A stretch of 64,000 nt of DNA from an uncultured cyanobacterium (GCA_963710605.1 CAVQBA010000006.1:352001-416000); one strand, 5' to 3'. Shown: positions 30,229 through 41,410, numbered from the stretch's first letter. Made by a program: numbers and translations. Notes: generated from the letters alone by a model not told the origin.

Positions 30229-30421
30229 TCCTCTATTACAATTTGATCATTAAGAAAAATATTTATATTTTAATCAATTCTCGAAAAACTATTATTATAC
30301 TCTAACAAAAAAATTTTAGTCTAAATTTTCTCTGGGGGTATCTTAACACGAACTTTAAATGTTGAAATTAAAAAAAGTAATTTAAACATTTAACCTGAAA
30401 TTTAATACACGATCTAAAATT

Positions 30422-30817
30422 ATGAATGAAAATACATTACTTGAATCAGTTAAAAAATTAGGATTATCTTCAATTGAGCGTCACATTTTTTTATGTTGTG
30501 ACCAAACTAAACCTAAATGTTGTTCAAAAGAAGATAGCTTAGAATCTTGGCAGTATTTGAAAGATAGACTTAAACAGCTAAAATTAGATCAACCAACTGA
30601 AGAAAACAACATTTGTATATTTCGGACAAAAACTAATTGTTTGAGAGTTTGTCAACAAGGTCCTATTTTATTAGTTTATCCTGATGGTACATGGTATCGT
30701 CAAGCTACACCAGAGGTAATTGAATTGATTATTCAACAGCATTTGCTTAACAACAAAATCGTTGAAGAATACGTTTTTCATCAACAACCACTACCTTTTA
30801 AAAATTTACCTAATTGA
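30422..30817 (+). CDS. Thioredoxin-like [2Fe-2S] ferredoxin
   Basis: RHIFLC...CC...CLRVC..GP..LVYPDGTWY. Confidence 0.88.
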   Translation: MNENTLLESVKKLGLSSIERHIFLCCDQTKPKCCSKEDSLESWQYLKDRLKQLKLDQPTEENNICIFRTKTNCLRVCQQGPILLVYPDGTWYRQATPEVIELIIQQHLLNNKIVEEYVFHQQPLPFKNLPN

Positions 30818-30948
30818 GAAAGTTAAAATCAAAATATTTTTTTGACTGATTTTAATCAAATTAATCAATTTCGGACTGATTAACAGTCTTTCGCCAAATC
30901 ACAAGTAAAATAACTAAACCTAATTCTAGATCGTTAATATTAAAAATA

Positions 30949-31587
30949 ATGAGTAATACAGAAACTAAAAAACTACTATTGATAGATGATGACCCCAATT
31001 TGATTTTATTAGTCAAAGATTATCTCGAATTTAACGGTTATGAGGTAATAACTGCGAGTCACGGTAGAGAAGGAATAAAAATATTAGAAACAGAAACTCC
31101 TGATTTAATCATTTGTGATGTGATGATGCCAGAAATGGATGGCTATGCTTTTATTCAACAAATTAGAAAAAATCCTCGTTTAGATTGGTTACCTGTAATA
31201 TTTTTGTCTGCTAAAGGGCAAAGTCAAGATCGAATTAAAGGTTTAAGTCAAGGTGCTGATGTATATATGGTAAAGCCTTTTGAGCCTGATGAATTAGTTG
31301 CTCAAGTTCAATCTACTATTAATCAAAGTAGTCGTTTGATGGGTAGCAATAATAAAAAAGTCGATAATTCTTCACGGATACAAGTTCCTGTTAGTGTAGG
31401 ACTAACTCCTACTGAGAAAAAAGTAGTTGATTTAGTTGCTCAAGGAATGTCTAACAAAGATATTTCGATACAGTTAAGTGTTAGTCAAAGAACGATTGAA
31501 AGTCATGTCTCGAATATGCTGAACAAAACAGGTTTACATAATCGTACTGAATTATCTCGTTGGGCAATTCAAAACGAACTTGTGTGA
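30949..31587 (+). CDS. rre1: NarL/LuxR-family response regulator (Rre1/Ycf29-like)
   Basis: LLLIDDDPNLILLVKDYLEF receiver; LTPTE...SQRTIESHVSNMLNKT LuxR HTH. Confidence 0.85.
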   Translation: MSNTETKKLLLIDDDPNLILLVKDYLEFNGYEVITASHGREGIKILETETPDLIICDVMMPEMDGYAFIQQIRKNPRLDWLPVIFLSAKGQSQDRIKGLSQGADVYMVKPFEPDELVAQVQSTINQSSRLMGSNNKKVDNSSRIQVPVSVGLTPTEKKVVDLVAQGMSNKDISIQLSVSQRTIESHVSNMLNKTGLHNRTELSRWAIQNELV

Positions 31588-31658
31588 TAACCAACTAACG
31601 CAGAAGATAAATAATAAGTAGATATATTAGCTAATTTAAAAATATTTTTGATTAAAGA

Positions 31659-32690
31659 ATGCATAAAATACCCGTTACTGTAATTACAGGCTTTTTAGGA
31701 GCTGGTAAAACAACTTTGTTACGTCATTTACTCCAAAACAATCAAGGCAAAAAAATTGCTGTTTTAGTCAATGAATTTGGCGAAGTTGGTATTGATGGTG
31801 AGTTATTACGTGATTGTCAGGTTTGTGAGGATGAAAATGAACCAACAGACCAAAATATCATTGAATTAACTAATGGTTGCCTCTGCTGTACAGTACAAGA
31901 AGAATTTTACCCAACGATGCAGGAGTTATTATCTCGCTCGGAAGATATCGATGCGATCGTCATAGAAACTTCAGGACTTGCTTTACCTAAACCATTAATA
32001 CAAGCTTTTAAATGGCAAGAAATTCGTAATCGGGCTACGGTTGATGGTGTCATTACAGTTGTTGATGCTCATGCTTTAGCTACAGGTACATTAGTTGGTG
32101 ATTTAGAAGCATTAGAAGCACAAAGAAGTGAAGATCCTAATTTAGATCATGAAACACCTATTGAAGAGTTGTTTGAAGATCAATTAGCCTGTGCTGATTT
32201 AGTTTTATTAACTAAAACTGATTTGATTGAACCAACTAATTTAGTTTCGGTAGAAAATTGGTTAAAACAAGAATTAAAACCAACAATTAAGTTAATTCCT
32301 TGTCATCAGGGGCAAATTAACCCTGAAATATTACTCGGCTTTAATGCCTCAGTAGAGGATGATTTAATTAATCGCCCTTCCCATCATGATACTGAAGAAG
32401 AACATGATCACGATGATGATATAAATTCAGTTGAGTTAGTGATTGATAATCCTCTCAATCCTCAAGATTTAATCGCTCATCTACGTCAATTAGTTCAAGA
32501 ATTAGAAATTTATCGCATTAAAGGTTTTGTTAATGTAGATTCTAAACCAATGCGAATGGTAATTCAAGGTGTGGGCGATCGTTTTGATACTTTTTTTGAC
32601 AGGTTATGGCAACCTGATGAACCAAGAATTACTAAACTGGTTATTATTGGGCGGAATCTCACTTCAGAGCAAGTAAAAATTAGGGATTAA
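31659..32690 (+). CDS. cobW: Cobalamin biosynthesis GTPase CobW
   Basis: GFLGAGKTT, GCLCC, ETSGLALPKPL, LDHETPIEELFEDQL, His-rich linker. Confidence 0.93.
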   Translation: MHKIPVTVITGFLGAGKTTLLRHLLQNNQGKKIAVLVNEFGEVGIDGELLRDCQVCEDENEPTDQNIIELTNGCLCCTVQEEFYPTMQELLSRSEDIDAIVIETSGLALPKPLIQAFKWQEIRNRATVDGVITVVDAHALATGTLVGDLEALEAQRSEDPNLDHETPIEELFEDQLACADLVLLTKTDLIEPTNLVSVENWLKQELKPTIKLIPCHQGQINPEILLGFNASVEDDLINRPSHHDTEEEHDHDDDINSVELVIDNPLNPQDLIAHLRQLVQELEIYRIKGFVNVDSKPMRMVIQGVGDRFDTFFDRLWQPDEPRITKLVIIGRNLTSEQVKIRD

Positions 32691-32712
32691 GAATTAGGGA
32701 TAAAAAATTAAA

Positions 32713-32733
32713 GGGTGCAAAAAAATTGCACCC
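32713..32733. terminator. REP-derived hairpin between convergent genes
   Basis: GGGTGCAA-AAAAA-TTGCACCC. Confidence 0.5.
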
Positions 32734-32766
32734 AGAAGCGAAAAACATTAAATTAGAAAAAGCCTA

Positions 32767-34506
32767 CTAATTAATAGGAGGAAACCAATCAGAAGTGTCA
32801 TCCTGATCAATAACCGGAAACCATTTAGGTTCTTTTTTTGTTGAATCTTCTGTGTCTGTTGACTCTTCTTTGCCTGTTGAATCTTTTGTGTCTGTTGACT
32901 CTCTTTTTTCGGCGGTTGGCTTATTTTTTTTTTGTTCTCCTTGCTCGGAAGAAGAATCTGAATTATTGTCTTGGTGAATCGATAAATCATGTATATCGGG
33001 TTCGTTAGCACTAAAGCTGACTGATTTATCTATAACCTCTTTAATTGAGGTGGGTGGCTCTTGTTCAATTAAGTTTTCGCTTGCTTCTTGAACTTGTTTT
33101 TCAGAATAGCTTGTCTGTCGATCGAACTTTATTTGAATAGAACGAGTTTCTACTTGATCTGCACTAACGGCTACTATTGGACAATCAATTAAACCATCAG
33201 GGAATGCTATTTGGAACGTGAAAGTACCATCAGGATTTAACTTCACAGCTTGATTAGCGATCGTCAATTTAGCATTCGGTACTGTTGCACCATAAACAGT
33301 TAAATGAGCATTAGCCATTAACCAAAAGTTTCTTGTTAAGCCCATACCCGAACCTGACATCATACCCATACCTGAGCCTGACATCATACCCATACCTGAA
33401 CCAGACATCATACCCATACCCGAACCTGACATCATACCCATACCCGAACCTGACATTATACCCATACCTGAGCCTGACATCATACCCATACCTGAGCCTG
33501 ACATCATACCCATACCTGAGCCTGACATCATACCCATACCTGAGCCTGACATCATACCCATACCCGAACCAGAAGCAAATTCAACCCTACCAATTGAATT
33601 AACAGAGTCAGGTGTCTGATTAACTTGACGATAAATAGAAGCATCAACTCTTGTCTGTGAATCAAAAGATGGCATTGACATTGACACTGGCGTTGTTTTC
33701 AAGGAAGTATCGTTTTCTGATGCCACAGAATAAAGAGAAGAGCCATCTAAAGCTTGATCCCAAGAAACAGAAACAAAAGTATCTTCTCGCCAATTACTAG
33801 CTGATAATGTCGGCATAGAAACGCTTTGCGAACAAGCTAAACTTAACCACTTACCATTAACACAACGATAACCTATTTCTACTATATAATCACGATCGCT
33901 TAAAGGAATAGGTATATACCAATTTGTAGCTGATTCGTTACAAATATATTCTAAAGTATTTTGACTCTTTCGAGGATTAGAATCTTCTATATCAGTAACA
34001 TCATATAAACGTAAAGATAAATTAGTACCACCTTGACTACGTAAAGTAGCTTTGTCCTCAGCCGGAATATCCCAATAAACATAAGCCCATTGTGAATCAC
34101 AAGGCATTAAAACTATCTTTTTCTCACCGTAAGTTTGAGGTAATTCATCATTATCATCGTCAATATCTGCAAAAATATCTGATGATTGATCATTAACAGC
34201 AGAAGTATCTTGAGTTTTAGAAGAATTTTCGTCCACAGTATTATTATTAGAAATTGATAAGTTAGCTGTTTGTTTTTCTTGGTCAGTTGTGTTTTCGGTA
34301 TTGGTAAGTGATTCGTTTGATGTCTCAACTTTGGATTCGTCAACAGGGCTAGGATTATCACTAGTCGGATTATTTAGTAATTTAGTGATGACACTAAATA
34401 GTTGTTGCTTACGCATACGACAAAATTGAGGTAAATCAAGCTTAATGGCTATTTTTCTAAGTTGCCTTAGAGTCATTTGTTTTAGGGTTGGTTTTGATTC
34501 TGCCAT
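32767..34506 (-). CDS. DUF4912 protein with a Rho_N-like N-terminus and a Met-rich tandem repeat
   Basis: MTLRQLRKIA...MRKQQL; WAYVYWD...LRLYDVT...WY...IGY; FWL.A.A.L.VYGAT...DGTF. Confidence 0.85.
   Translation of the reverse strand: MAESKPTLKQMTLRQLRKIAIKLDLPQFCRMRKQQLFSVITKLLNNPTSDNPSPVDESKVETSNESLTNTENTTDQEKQTANLSISNNNTVDENSSKTQDTSAVNDQSSDIFADIDDDNDELPQTYGEKKIVLMPCDSQWAYVYWDIPAEDKATLRSQGGTNLSLRLYDVTDIEDSNPRKSQNTLEYICNESATNWYIPIPLSDRDYIVEIGYRCVNGKWLSLACSQSVSMPTLSASNWREDTFVSVSWDQALDGSSLYSVASENDTSLKTTPVSMSMPSFDSQTRVDASIYRQVNQTPDSVNSIGRVEFASGSGMGMMSGSGMGMMSGSGMGMMSGSGMGMMSGSGMGIMSGSGMGMMSGSGMGMMSGSGMGMMSGSGMGMMSGSGMGLTRNFWLMANAHLTVYGATVPNAKLTIANQAVKLNPDGTFTFQIAFPDGLIDCPIVAVSADQVETRSIQIKFDRQTSYSEKQVQEASENLIEQEPPTSIKEVIDKSVSFSANEPDIHDLSIHQDNNSDSSSEQGEQKKNKPTAEKRESTDTKDSTGKEESTDTEDSTKKEPKWFPVIDQDDTSDWFPPIN
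33340..33573 (-). repeat. 24-nt tandem repeat, about 10 copies, encoding SGSGMGMM
   Basis: CCCATACC recurs every 24 nt from 33341 to 33557. Confidence 0.95.
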
Positions 34507-34934
34507 CTGACTAAATGTTGATTTTAAATAATTTAGGGATTATATACTATTAATTCGTTAGACGTTAGTTGTAAAATTTTAGCTTGTTTTTAAAAAGATC
34601 TAATTTTACTTTTAACCTTAATAAAATTGAGATTATTAGCATATGTTAAGAATTATAATCAACATCTAGAGATAATTGTTCATTTTTCTTAATTTTTTTT
34701 TAATCATTTTTGATTTCTATAGCAGATAATAAGTTAGCTCTTAATGTTTAACCGCTCCTAACCTCTCCTTTTAAAGGAGGAAAACTTGATTAAGCTGTTT
34801 TAACTATAGACATTTGTTGCTATATTTAATTAATTTTGTGTTTGTTAATAAATAATTGAAGGTATTGCTCGTTACTAATTACTAATTACTCATTACTGGT
34901 TACTTAACTGAATTAATCTCGGTATTTTAATTAC

Positions 34935-35330
34935 CTATAATTGTTCTTCTGGTGTTGAAGATAAAGAAAAAATAGTCAAACAAATCCAACCGATAATTAA
35001 GACTACACCACCGATGGGGGTAATGATACCCAACCAATTGCGGGTAGTTATAGTCAAACTGTAAAGACTACCAGAAAATAAGACAACTCCAACCATAAAA
35101 GCGATCGAAGAAATATTTAACCATATTTTAGGTGCTTTTGTTTCTGTACGCATCAAAATAGAAACTAGTACCAAAGCTAGAGCATGATACATTTGATATC
35201 TAACCGCTGTTTGCCAAATAGAAAGAGATTCAGCCGTTAAAGTGCCTTTTAAGCTATGACTGGCAAAAGCACCCATCACTACAGCAATTAAAGCTAAAAT
35301 AGAACCGAAACCCAAAGTTGTTTTTTGCAT
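34935..35330 (-). CDS. DUF423 membrane protein (likely start at 35330)
   Basis: GAFASH, TAVRYQMYHAL, LFSGSLY, ITPIGG. Confidence 0.88.
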   Translation of the reverse strand: MQKTTLGFGSILALIAVVMGAFASHSLKGTLTAESLSIWQTAVRYQMYHALALVLVSILMRTETKAPKIWLNISSIAFMVGVVLFSGSLYSLTITTRNWLGIITPIGGVVLIIGWICLTIFSLSSTPEEQL

Positions 35331-35344
35331 ATAATTAACAATAA

Positions 35345-36598
35345 CTAAATAGTTGGACCAACGATCGAAGTCGATAAACAATCATCAGTTAAATATTGGT
35401 TAGCAACTCTTTGTATATCTTCTAGTTGGATAGCTTCAATTTGTTCAGGAAAAATAAAATCGTAATTTGTACCTAAACCAAGCGTTTCATACCAACCATA
35501 AAGTTGTGCTAATTCAGTATTAGTCTGTTTCCCTAAAGCATATTGCCCTAAAATTTTGCTTTTAGCTGTTTTTAATTCTTCAATAGATAAAGTAGATTCT
35601 CTTAAACGGGCTACTTCATCGGATAAACCTTGTTTTGCTATTTCTAAATTATTAGGTGCTGTACCCATATAAGTAACGAATTGAGATTTATCTAATCTAG
35701 TTGGATAAAAAGCCGAAACATCATAAGCCAATCCTCTTTTCTCTCTTAATTCTACAAACAGACGACTAGAAAGCCCGTTACCTAAATAAGTAGTGAGTAG
35801 TTTGAAGATACAATAATCAGGATGATCAATTTCGGGTGCTAGATAACCCATCATAATAATAGACTGTTGGTTAGGCTGTTCTAATTGATAATGATTTGAT
35901 TGAGCTGACAAATGATATTCAGGAAGAGTGGTTTGAGGATGACTAGGTATTTGCCAATCACCAAATACTTTTTCGACAAAGGCTTTAGCTTGTTCGGGAT
36001 TTATTTTTCCTGCCAAACTAATAATTAAGTTATCAGGGCGAAAATATTGTTGATGACAAGAATGTAAATCTGAAGCCGTTAATTCACTAACAGTTTCTTG
36101 TGTGCCTAAAATAGAAAAACCATAAGGATGTTTGCCGTAAATCATTTCTCTTAACTGACGAAATGCTAAGTTAAACGGTTGTTCTTTTTGAGATAAAATA
36201 TTTTGGATCGTAATTCTTTTTTCTAATTCAACTTCTTTTTTAGGAAAACTGGGAAAACGAAGCATTTCTCCTGCTAGTTCAAATATTTGTTCAAAATCTT
36301 CAGTAATCGTTTTGAGGCTAACTACAAAATAATCACTTAATGCACCTGTACCTAATCCTGCACCAATTGATTCAATTTTTTCGGCGATATCTAATGATGA
36401 CAGATGACGAGTACCTTTAGACATTACATTAGCTAATAAATGGAAAATTCCCGCTTGCTGATTAGATTCCCATAATCCTCCCGCATGACGACAAAATATT
36501 TTTCCAGCAATTATCTCTGTAGTCGGATTTTCGATCGTAATCAAAGTAATACCGTTATCAAGGTTGGTTTTATGAATATTTTTTTGAGATTGTTTCAC
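35345..36598 (-). CDS. M16 (pitrilysin) peptidase, probably the non-catalytic subunit
   Basis: LDNGITL, SSRLFVELREKRGLAY; HxxEH is replaced by FHLLAN. Confidence 0.88.
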   Translation of the reverse strand: MKQSQKNIHKTNLDNGITLITIENPTTEIIAGKIFCRHAGGLWESNQQAGIFHLLANVMSKGTRHLSSLDIAEKIESIGAGLGTGALSDYFVVSLKTITEDFEQIFELAGEMLRFPSFPKKEVELEKRITIQNILSQKEQPFNLAFRQLREMIYGKHPYGFSILGTQETVSELTASDLHSCHQQYFRPDNLIISLAGKINPEQAKAFVEKVFGDWQIPSHPQTTLPEYHLSAQSNHYQLEQPNQQSIIMMGYLAPEIDHPDYCIFKLLTTYLGNGLSSRLFVELREKRGLAYDVSAFYPTRLDKSQFVTYMGTAPNNLEIAKQGLSDEVARLRESTLSIEELKTAKSKILGQYALGKQTNTELAQLYGWYETLGLGTNYDFIFPEQIEAIQLEDIQRVANQYLTDDCLSTSIVGPTI

Positions 36599-37017
36599 CG
36601 ATGATCATTGTTTGCTAATATTTGTTGTCAATAGTTAGAACGTAATTTTTTACTCAACGTAGTTATTACATTATTAACTTTCTTATAATTTAACCTTTAC
36701 AGCTAATAGATGACTAATCTAAAAATAAATAAACGATCGTCTATTTATTTTTTAGCACCCGAATTTTAGCCTCAAAATCAAAAACATCAACGATTGTCGG
36801 TACATACCAAAAGAATAAATTAATAATTAATTGTGTATTTTTGTTACTTCTACCCACAAACTTTAAAAAAAAGGATTACAATGAAAGTCGAGAATAAACA
36901 GATTAACGATTAAGTTTTTTTCAGTATCGAAGGTTTTTCCGATAAAGTATTGAGCTATTTCTTTCCCAATAATCTTGTCTCTGTGAACACAACACTAATT
37001 ACGAAGACAAATACAAT

Positions 37018-37302
37018 ATGTCAATTTATGTAGGTAACTTATCTTACGAAGTTAAAGAAGAAGATTTAAGTGCAGTTTTTAATGACTATGGAACTGTAAA
37101 AAGAGTCCATATTCCTTCAGATCGCGAAACAGGTCGTCCTAGAGGCTTTGCCTTTGTGGAAATGGAATCTGAAGCTGATGAAGAAAAAGCAATTGAAACT
37201 TTAGATGGCGCTGAATGGATGAGTCGCGAGCTTAGAGTTAATAAAGCTAAACCTCGTGAAAATAATAATTCATACAACAACCGCAGAAACAATCGTTTCT
37301 AA
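37018..37302 (+). CDS. rbp: RRM RNA-binding protein (Rbp family)
   Basis: IYVGNL (RNP2) and RGFAFVEM (RNP1). Confidence 0.95.
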   Translation: MSIYVGNLSYEVKEEDLSAVFNDYGTVKRVHIPSDRETGRPRGFAFVEMESEADEEKAIETLDGAEWMSRELRVNKAKPRENNNSYNNRRNNRF

Positions 37303-37729
37303 ATAATTAACGATTTTTTTGCTCGTATGTATTTCTAAAAAAAAACTTTTAAGAGTTAGTAAGATTCTTCTTACACCTAATTCTTAGAAGTTTTTTTAGT
37401 TTAATAGTCTAAAATTAACTTTATGCCAAAGAGTTTGATAATCGTGATTTTCAGGTACGGATTAACGACCTCTAAACAAACAAGTTGAATGTGATATGAT
37501 CAAGTAGTTTAATAGCGTTTGAAGCCTAAATTTAAATCGATAAATCAGGTTTTAAAAAATAATTAAAAAAATTAACGTCAACTGAAAAAGTGACAGTTAA
37601 TTAGACAAAACAACTATCTCTCTCAATTTCCAACTTTGTCATAATTGATATTTTTGATAAATTTGATTGAGCTTAGAGAGGTTGAACACACATTATAGTA
37701 ATAAAAACACTGGATAATTAACTAAACTA

Positions 37730-38314
37730 ATGATACCAACCGTTATTGAATCTTCAGGGCGAGGCGATCGAGCATTTGATATTTATTCTCGTCTATTAAG
37801 AGAAAGAATCGTCTTTTTAGGTACACAAGTGGACGATGAATTAGCTAATTCTTTAGTCGCTCAACTGTTACTATTAGAAGCAGAAGACCCAGAAAAAGAT
37901 ATTTATCTATACATTAACTCACCAGGTGGCTCTGTTTCTGCTGGTTTAGGTATTTTTGATACCATGAATCAAATTCAACCAGATGTTTGTACTATCTGCG
38001 TTGGTCTAGCCGCTAGTATGGGTGCTTTTTTACTCTCTGCTGGTGCTAAAGGTAAAAGAATGAGCTTACCTAACTCTAGAATTATGATTCACCAACCTTT
38101 GGGAGGAGCTCAAGGGCAAGCTACAGATATCGAAATTCAAGCCAAAGAGATACTTTACCTCAAAAAACAACTAAATCATTATTTAGCGTCTCATACAGAT
38201 CAACCTCTAGAGAAAATTGAGGATGATACCGAAAGAGATTTCTTTATGTCCGCAGACGAAGCCGCTGAATATGGTTTAATCGATCGAGTAGTCACTAAAG
38301 CACCTAAAGGTTAA
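37730..38314 (+). CDS. clpP: ATP-dependent Clp protease proteolytic subunit
   Basis: [32 protein letters not shown]. Confidence 0.97.
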   Translation: MIPTVIESSGRGDRAFDIYSRLLRERIVFLGTQVDDELANSLVAQLLLLEAEDPEKDIYLYINSPGGSVSAGLGIFDTMNQIQPDVCTICVGLAASMGAFLLSAGAKGKRMSLPNSRIMIHQPLGGAQGQATDIEIQAKEILYLKKQLNHYLASHTDQPLEKIEDDTERDFFMSADEAAEYGLIDRVVTKAPKG

Positions 38315-38360
38315 AAAAAAACTTAGCCGAAATAAATAAATAACAAGTTTAATCATTCCT

Positions 38361-38390
38361 AACCCTTCCTTGCTAAGGAGGGGTTTTTTT
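38361..38390 (+). terminator. Rho-independent terminator after clpP
   Basis: AACCCTTCCTT-GCT-AAGGAGGGGTT stem followed by a T-run. Confidence 0.6.
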
Positions 38391-38525
38391 AACTCACTCA
38401 TTGGTTATACCATTTTCAAAAAATAATACTACAGATTGAAACTCCGCTCATCTCCCTTTTCAAAGGGGACTTGATCGATTTATGTGTCGCTTTTATAAAT
38501 TGAATTGGTATTAGTCTATCTTTAA

Positions 38526-39943
38526 TGTCAAAAGAGGACTCCCGTAACAGGCGAAGCTTTAACGGCGAGATGAATTTTGACCAACAAATAAATGGAGCGA
38601 TAGCGACTTCTACATAGTTGACAGTTTTATGTAGAAAAGTTACAATTTAATTGTTGAAGTGAATTAGGTAATGTTAAACCTGTCCTACGAATACAAATTA
38701 AAGGCGAATAAATCCCAGATTGAACAAATTGAGCATATACTTGATGTGTGCCGTTTAGTTTGGAATTTTGCTTTACGTGAACGTAAGGATTGGTCTGCGT
38801 CTAGAAAGTCAAGAGTGGATGCTTGTTCAATTCAAAAGGAATATATAATTCCCTCGGATGAAAAATATCCTAATTACCACCAACAGGCGAAAAGTTTAAC
38901 TCAAGCAAGAAAACAAAGCGAACGATTAAAATCGATCAATGCTCAGGTACAACAACAGGTGCTCAGAACACTAGATAGAGCGTTCCTAGACAGGCAAAAG
39001 AAAAACTTGGGGTGTCCTCGTTTCAAAAACCAAGCTAGGATGAGGTCATTCGTATTTCCTCAAATGCTCAAAGATTGTCTTAAGGAAGGGATGATAAAAC
39101 TACCTCAATTGGGTTGGGTTAGATTTAGACAATCTCGTTCAATCCCTGATGGGTGTGAAGTAAAACAAGCTCGAATAGTTCGTAAAGCTACTGGCTACTT
39201 TGTAATTTTAGCCTTACAATTGGATGTTGATGTACCTCAACCTTTACCTCATGGTCATCCTAAAGGTATCGATTTGGGTTATATTTGCGCTGTTGTAACC
39301 TCGGACAATGAGTCAATCTCAAGACCAAGATTTTTGAATAAGTACGCTCGGAAGTTGAAAAGACTACAGCGAAGACTGAAAAAGAAAGTAAAAGGGTCTT
39401 GTGGTTGGAAAAAATTACAAAAACGTATCTCTAGATTGCATTTCAAGGTTGCTTGTCATCGCAAAGATTATCATTTCAAACTAGCTCATCATTTAGTTAA
39501 AGACTGTGGGATGATGTTTGTTGAAGATCTAAATTTTAAGATGTGGCAAAGAGGAATGTTTTCTAAATCCAGTGCCGATTTTGGCTTTGGTCAATTCGTC
39601 AATATCTTGGAATGGGTATGCTTTAGAACAGACATTCATTTTGCTAAAGTCGATCACCGCTACAGTTCTCAAGAATGCCCTGAATGTGGAGCTAGAACTG
39701 GTAAAAAGCATTTAAATGAAAGAATACATAAATGTATAGAATGTGGATATACCACAGGACGAGATCATGCTTCAGCACTTGTTATTAAAAATAGAGGTTT
39801 AAATTTAGTGGCGGCCGGACAGCCCGTCCTTTGAAAAAGCTAGTGGAGATGGTTGTAACGGGGGCGAGTCAACTCGTCTAGTCACGAATCTGTAAAGCTA
39901 GAATCCCCCATCTAAACCCGCAGGGTTAGTGGGGGAGTGTCAA
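38526..39943 (+). mobile_element. IS200/IS605-family tnpB-only element (left boundary approximate)
   Basis: Right end GAAT-CCCCCA...TGGGGG-AGTGTCAA with terminal TCAA at 39940-39943; left region has a GTCAAAA...TTTTGAC stem after TTTAA. Confidence 0.8.
38671..39834 (+). CDS. tnpB: RNA-guided endonuclease TnpB
   Basis: GIDLG, FVEDL, GRDHAS RuvC residues; CPECG/CIECG zinc ribbon. Confidence 0.95.
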   Translation: MLNLSYEYKLKANKSQIEQIEHILDVCRLVWNFALRERKDWSASRKSRVDACSIQKEYIIPSDEKYPNYHQQAKSLTQARKQSERLKSINAQVQQQVLRTLDRAFLDRQKKNLGCPRFKNQARMRSFVFPQMLKDCLKEGMIKLPQLGWVRFRQSRSIPDGCEVKQARIVRKATGYFVILALQLDVDVPQPLPHGHPKGIDLGYICAVVTSDNESISRPRFLNKYARKLKRLQRRLKKKVKGSCGWKKLQKRISRLHFKVACHRKDYHFKLAHHLVKDCGMMFVEDLNFKMWQRGMFSKSSADFGFGQFVNILEWVCFRTDIHFAKVDHRYSSQECPECGARTGKKHLNERIHKCIECGYTTGRDHASALVIKNRGLNLVAAGQPVL

Positions 39944-40087
39944 GTAAAGACTATACTTGTTAAAGATGAAGAAAAATTAAGAAAGATTGATTAAATCACT
40001 TGGTATCGATCGAATCGCTCTTTTAAAGATTAAGACAAGTTAGAATAACGAATAATCTCAAATTTTATGTTTAAATAATTTGTTAAT

Positions 40088-40609
40088 ATGCCAAGATCTC
40101 AAAGAAACGATAATTTTGTCGATAAAACCTTTACCGTAATGGCAGATATTATTCTAAAGGTATTACCTATCAATGCTAAAGCCAAAGAAGCCTTTGTTTA
40201 TTATCGTGATGGAATGTCTGCTCAAGCAGAAGGCGAATACGCTGAAGCTTTAGATAATTATTCTGAAGCACTCAAATTAGAAGAAGATACAAACGATAAA
40301 AGCGAAATCCTCTACAATATCGGTTTGATTCATGCAAGTAATGGAAAATTAGATGAAGCACTTGATTATTATGATCAATCTTTAGAATTGAATCCTCGTA
40401 AACCTTCAGCTCTCAATAATGTTGCTGTGATTTATCATTATAAAGGTGAGCAATGTCGTCAAGAAGGAGAAGAAGAAAAAGCTGAAAGTTTTTATGATAA
40501 AGCCGCTGAATATTGGAAACAAGCAGTTAGATTATCTCCTAACAACTACCTAGAAGCTCAAAATTGGTTAAAAACAACTGGGCGATTGGAAATGGATGTA
40601 TTTTTCTAA
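40088..40609 (+). CDS. ycf3: Photosystem I assembly protein Ycf3
   Basis: [23 protein letters not shown]...YYRDGMSAQ...[15 protein letters not shown]. Confidence 0.98.
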   Translation: MPRSQRNDNFVDKTFTVMADIILKVLPINAKAKEAFVYYRDGMSAQAEGEYAEALDNYSEALKLEEDTNDKSEILYNIGLIHASNGKLDEALDYYDQSLELNPRKPSALNNVAVIYHYKGEQCRQEGEEEKAESFYDKAAEYWKQAVRLSPNNYLEAQNWLKTTGRLEMDVFF

Positions 40610-40818
40610 TTATTTAAAATCTAGAATATACCTTAAAATAATTTTTCAGTTAAGTTACTAGTAGGATTTTTAAATTAACTCTAACTCTTGCTTCTGAAGC
40701 AGAGGTGTTTTTAAGTCGTCTTATAACTACAGATATTTACGGTTACAACTGAAGATAAATTTTTAGTTATAGTGTTTAGTTGAGATAATAGAATCAGTTA
40801 TTGATTATCAATTAAATT

Positions 40819-41106
40819 ATGAGTATTACGAAAGAAGATGTTATCAAAGTTGCTAACTTAGCACGTTTGAATTTAACTCCTGCTCAAGAAGAAGAATTTG
40901 CACCTCAATTAAATGCGATTTTAGATTATTTTGAGCAATTACAAGAGTTAGATACCGAAAATGTTGAACCAACAACAAGAGCGATCGATGTTAATAATAT
41001 CACTCGCCAAGATAAAAATGAAATTTATGACGATCGAGAAAGTTTACTAAATTCTGCACCTGAAAGAGAAGACGACTTTTTTAGAGTACCTAAAATACTA
41101 GGCTAG
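40819..41106 (+). CDS. gatC: Asp/Glu-tRNA amidotransferase subunit C
   Basis: VANLARL...DTENVEPT...FFRVPKIL. Confidence 0.95.
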   Translation: MSITKEDVIKVANLARLNLTPAQEEEFAPQLNAILDYFEQLQELDTENVEPTTRAIDVNNITRQDKNEIYDDRESLLNSAPEREDDFFRVPKILG

Positions 41107-41410
41107 ATAACGACTTTGCTAATAAGTATTAGTAATAATGTCTCACTCTAAATTGAAATAACTATATCTAGTCATCGATTGAATCTTGAATACTTTTCTT
41201 TAATCACGAATCAATTAACTCAAAATAGTTAAATTCGTGATTAATTGGTTTTTACCATAAAATTACATCGCTCAGATGTAATAAGTGCATCGATTTTTAG
41301 ATAAAGTAATCTAAGATACAAAATATCTAATATTTAATTTTATGATTAGTTTAAGAATATCTTAATTAATGATTAATTATTTTGGTGTGAGGCCAAAACT
41401 GTAATAAATA

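Noticed and set aside
33340..33573. Regular repeat array as a possible CRISPR
   Set aside because: Head-to-tail 24-nt units with no spacers, in frame inside a CDS; no cas genes in the window
32748..34361. ORFs 32748-33011, 33333-33602 and 34113-34361
   Set aside because: Shadow frames of the DUF4912 gene, kept open by repeats or low complexity
35061..35070. 10-nt match to the predicted guide of the second TnpB
   Set aside because: Too short and not preceded by TTTAA; expected by chance
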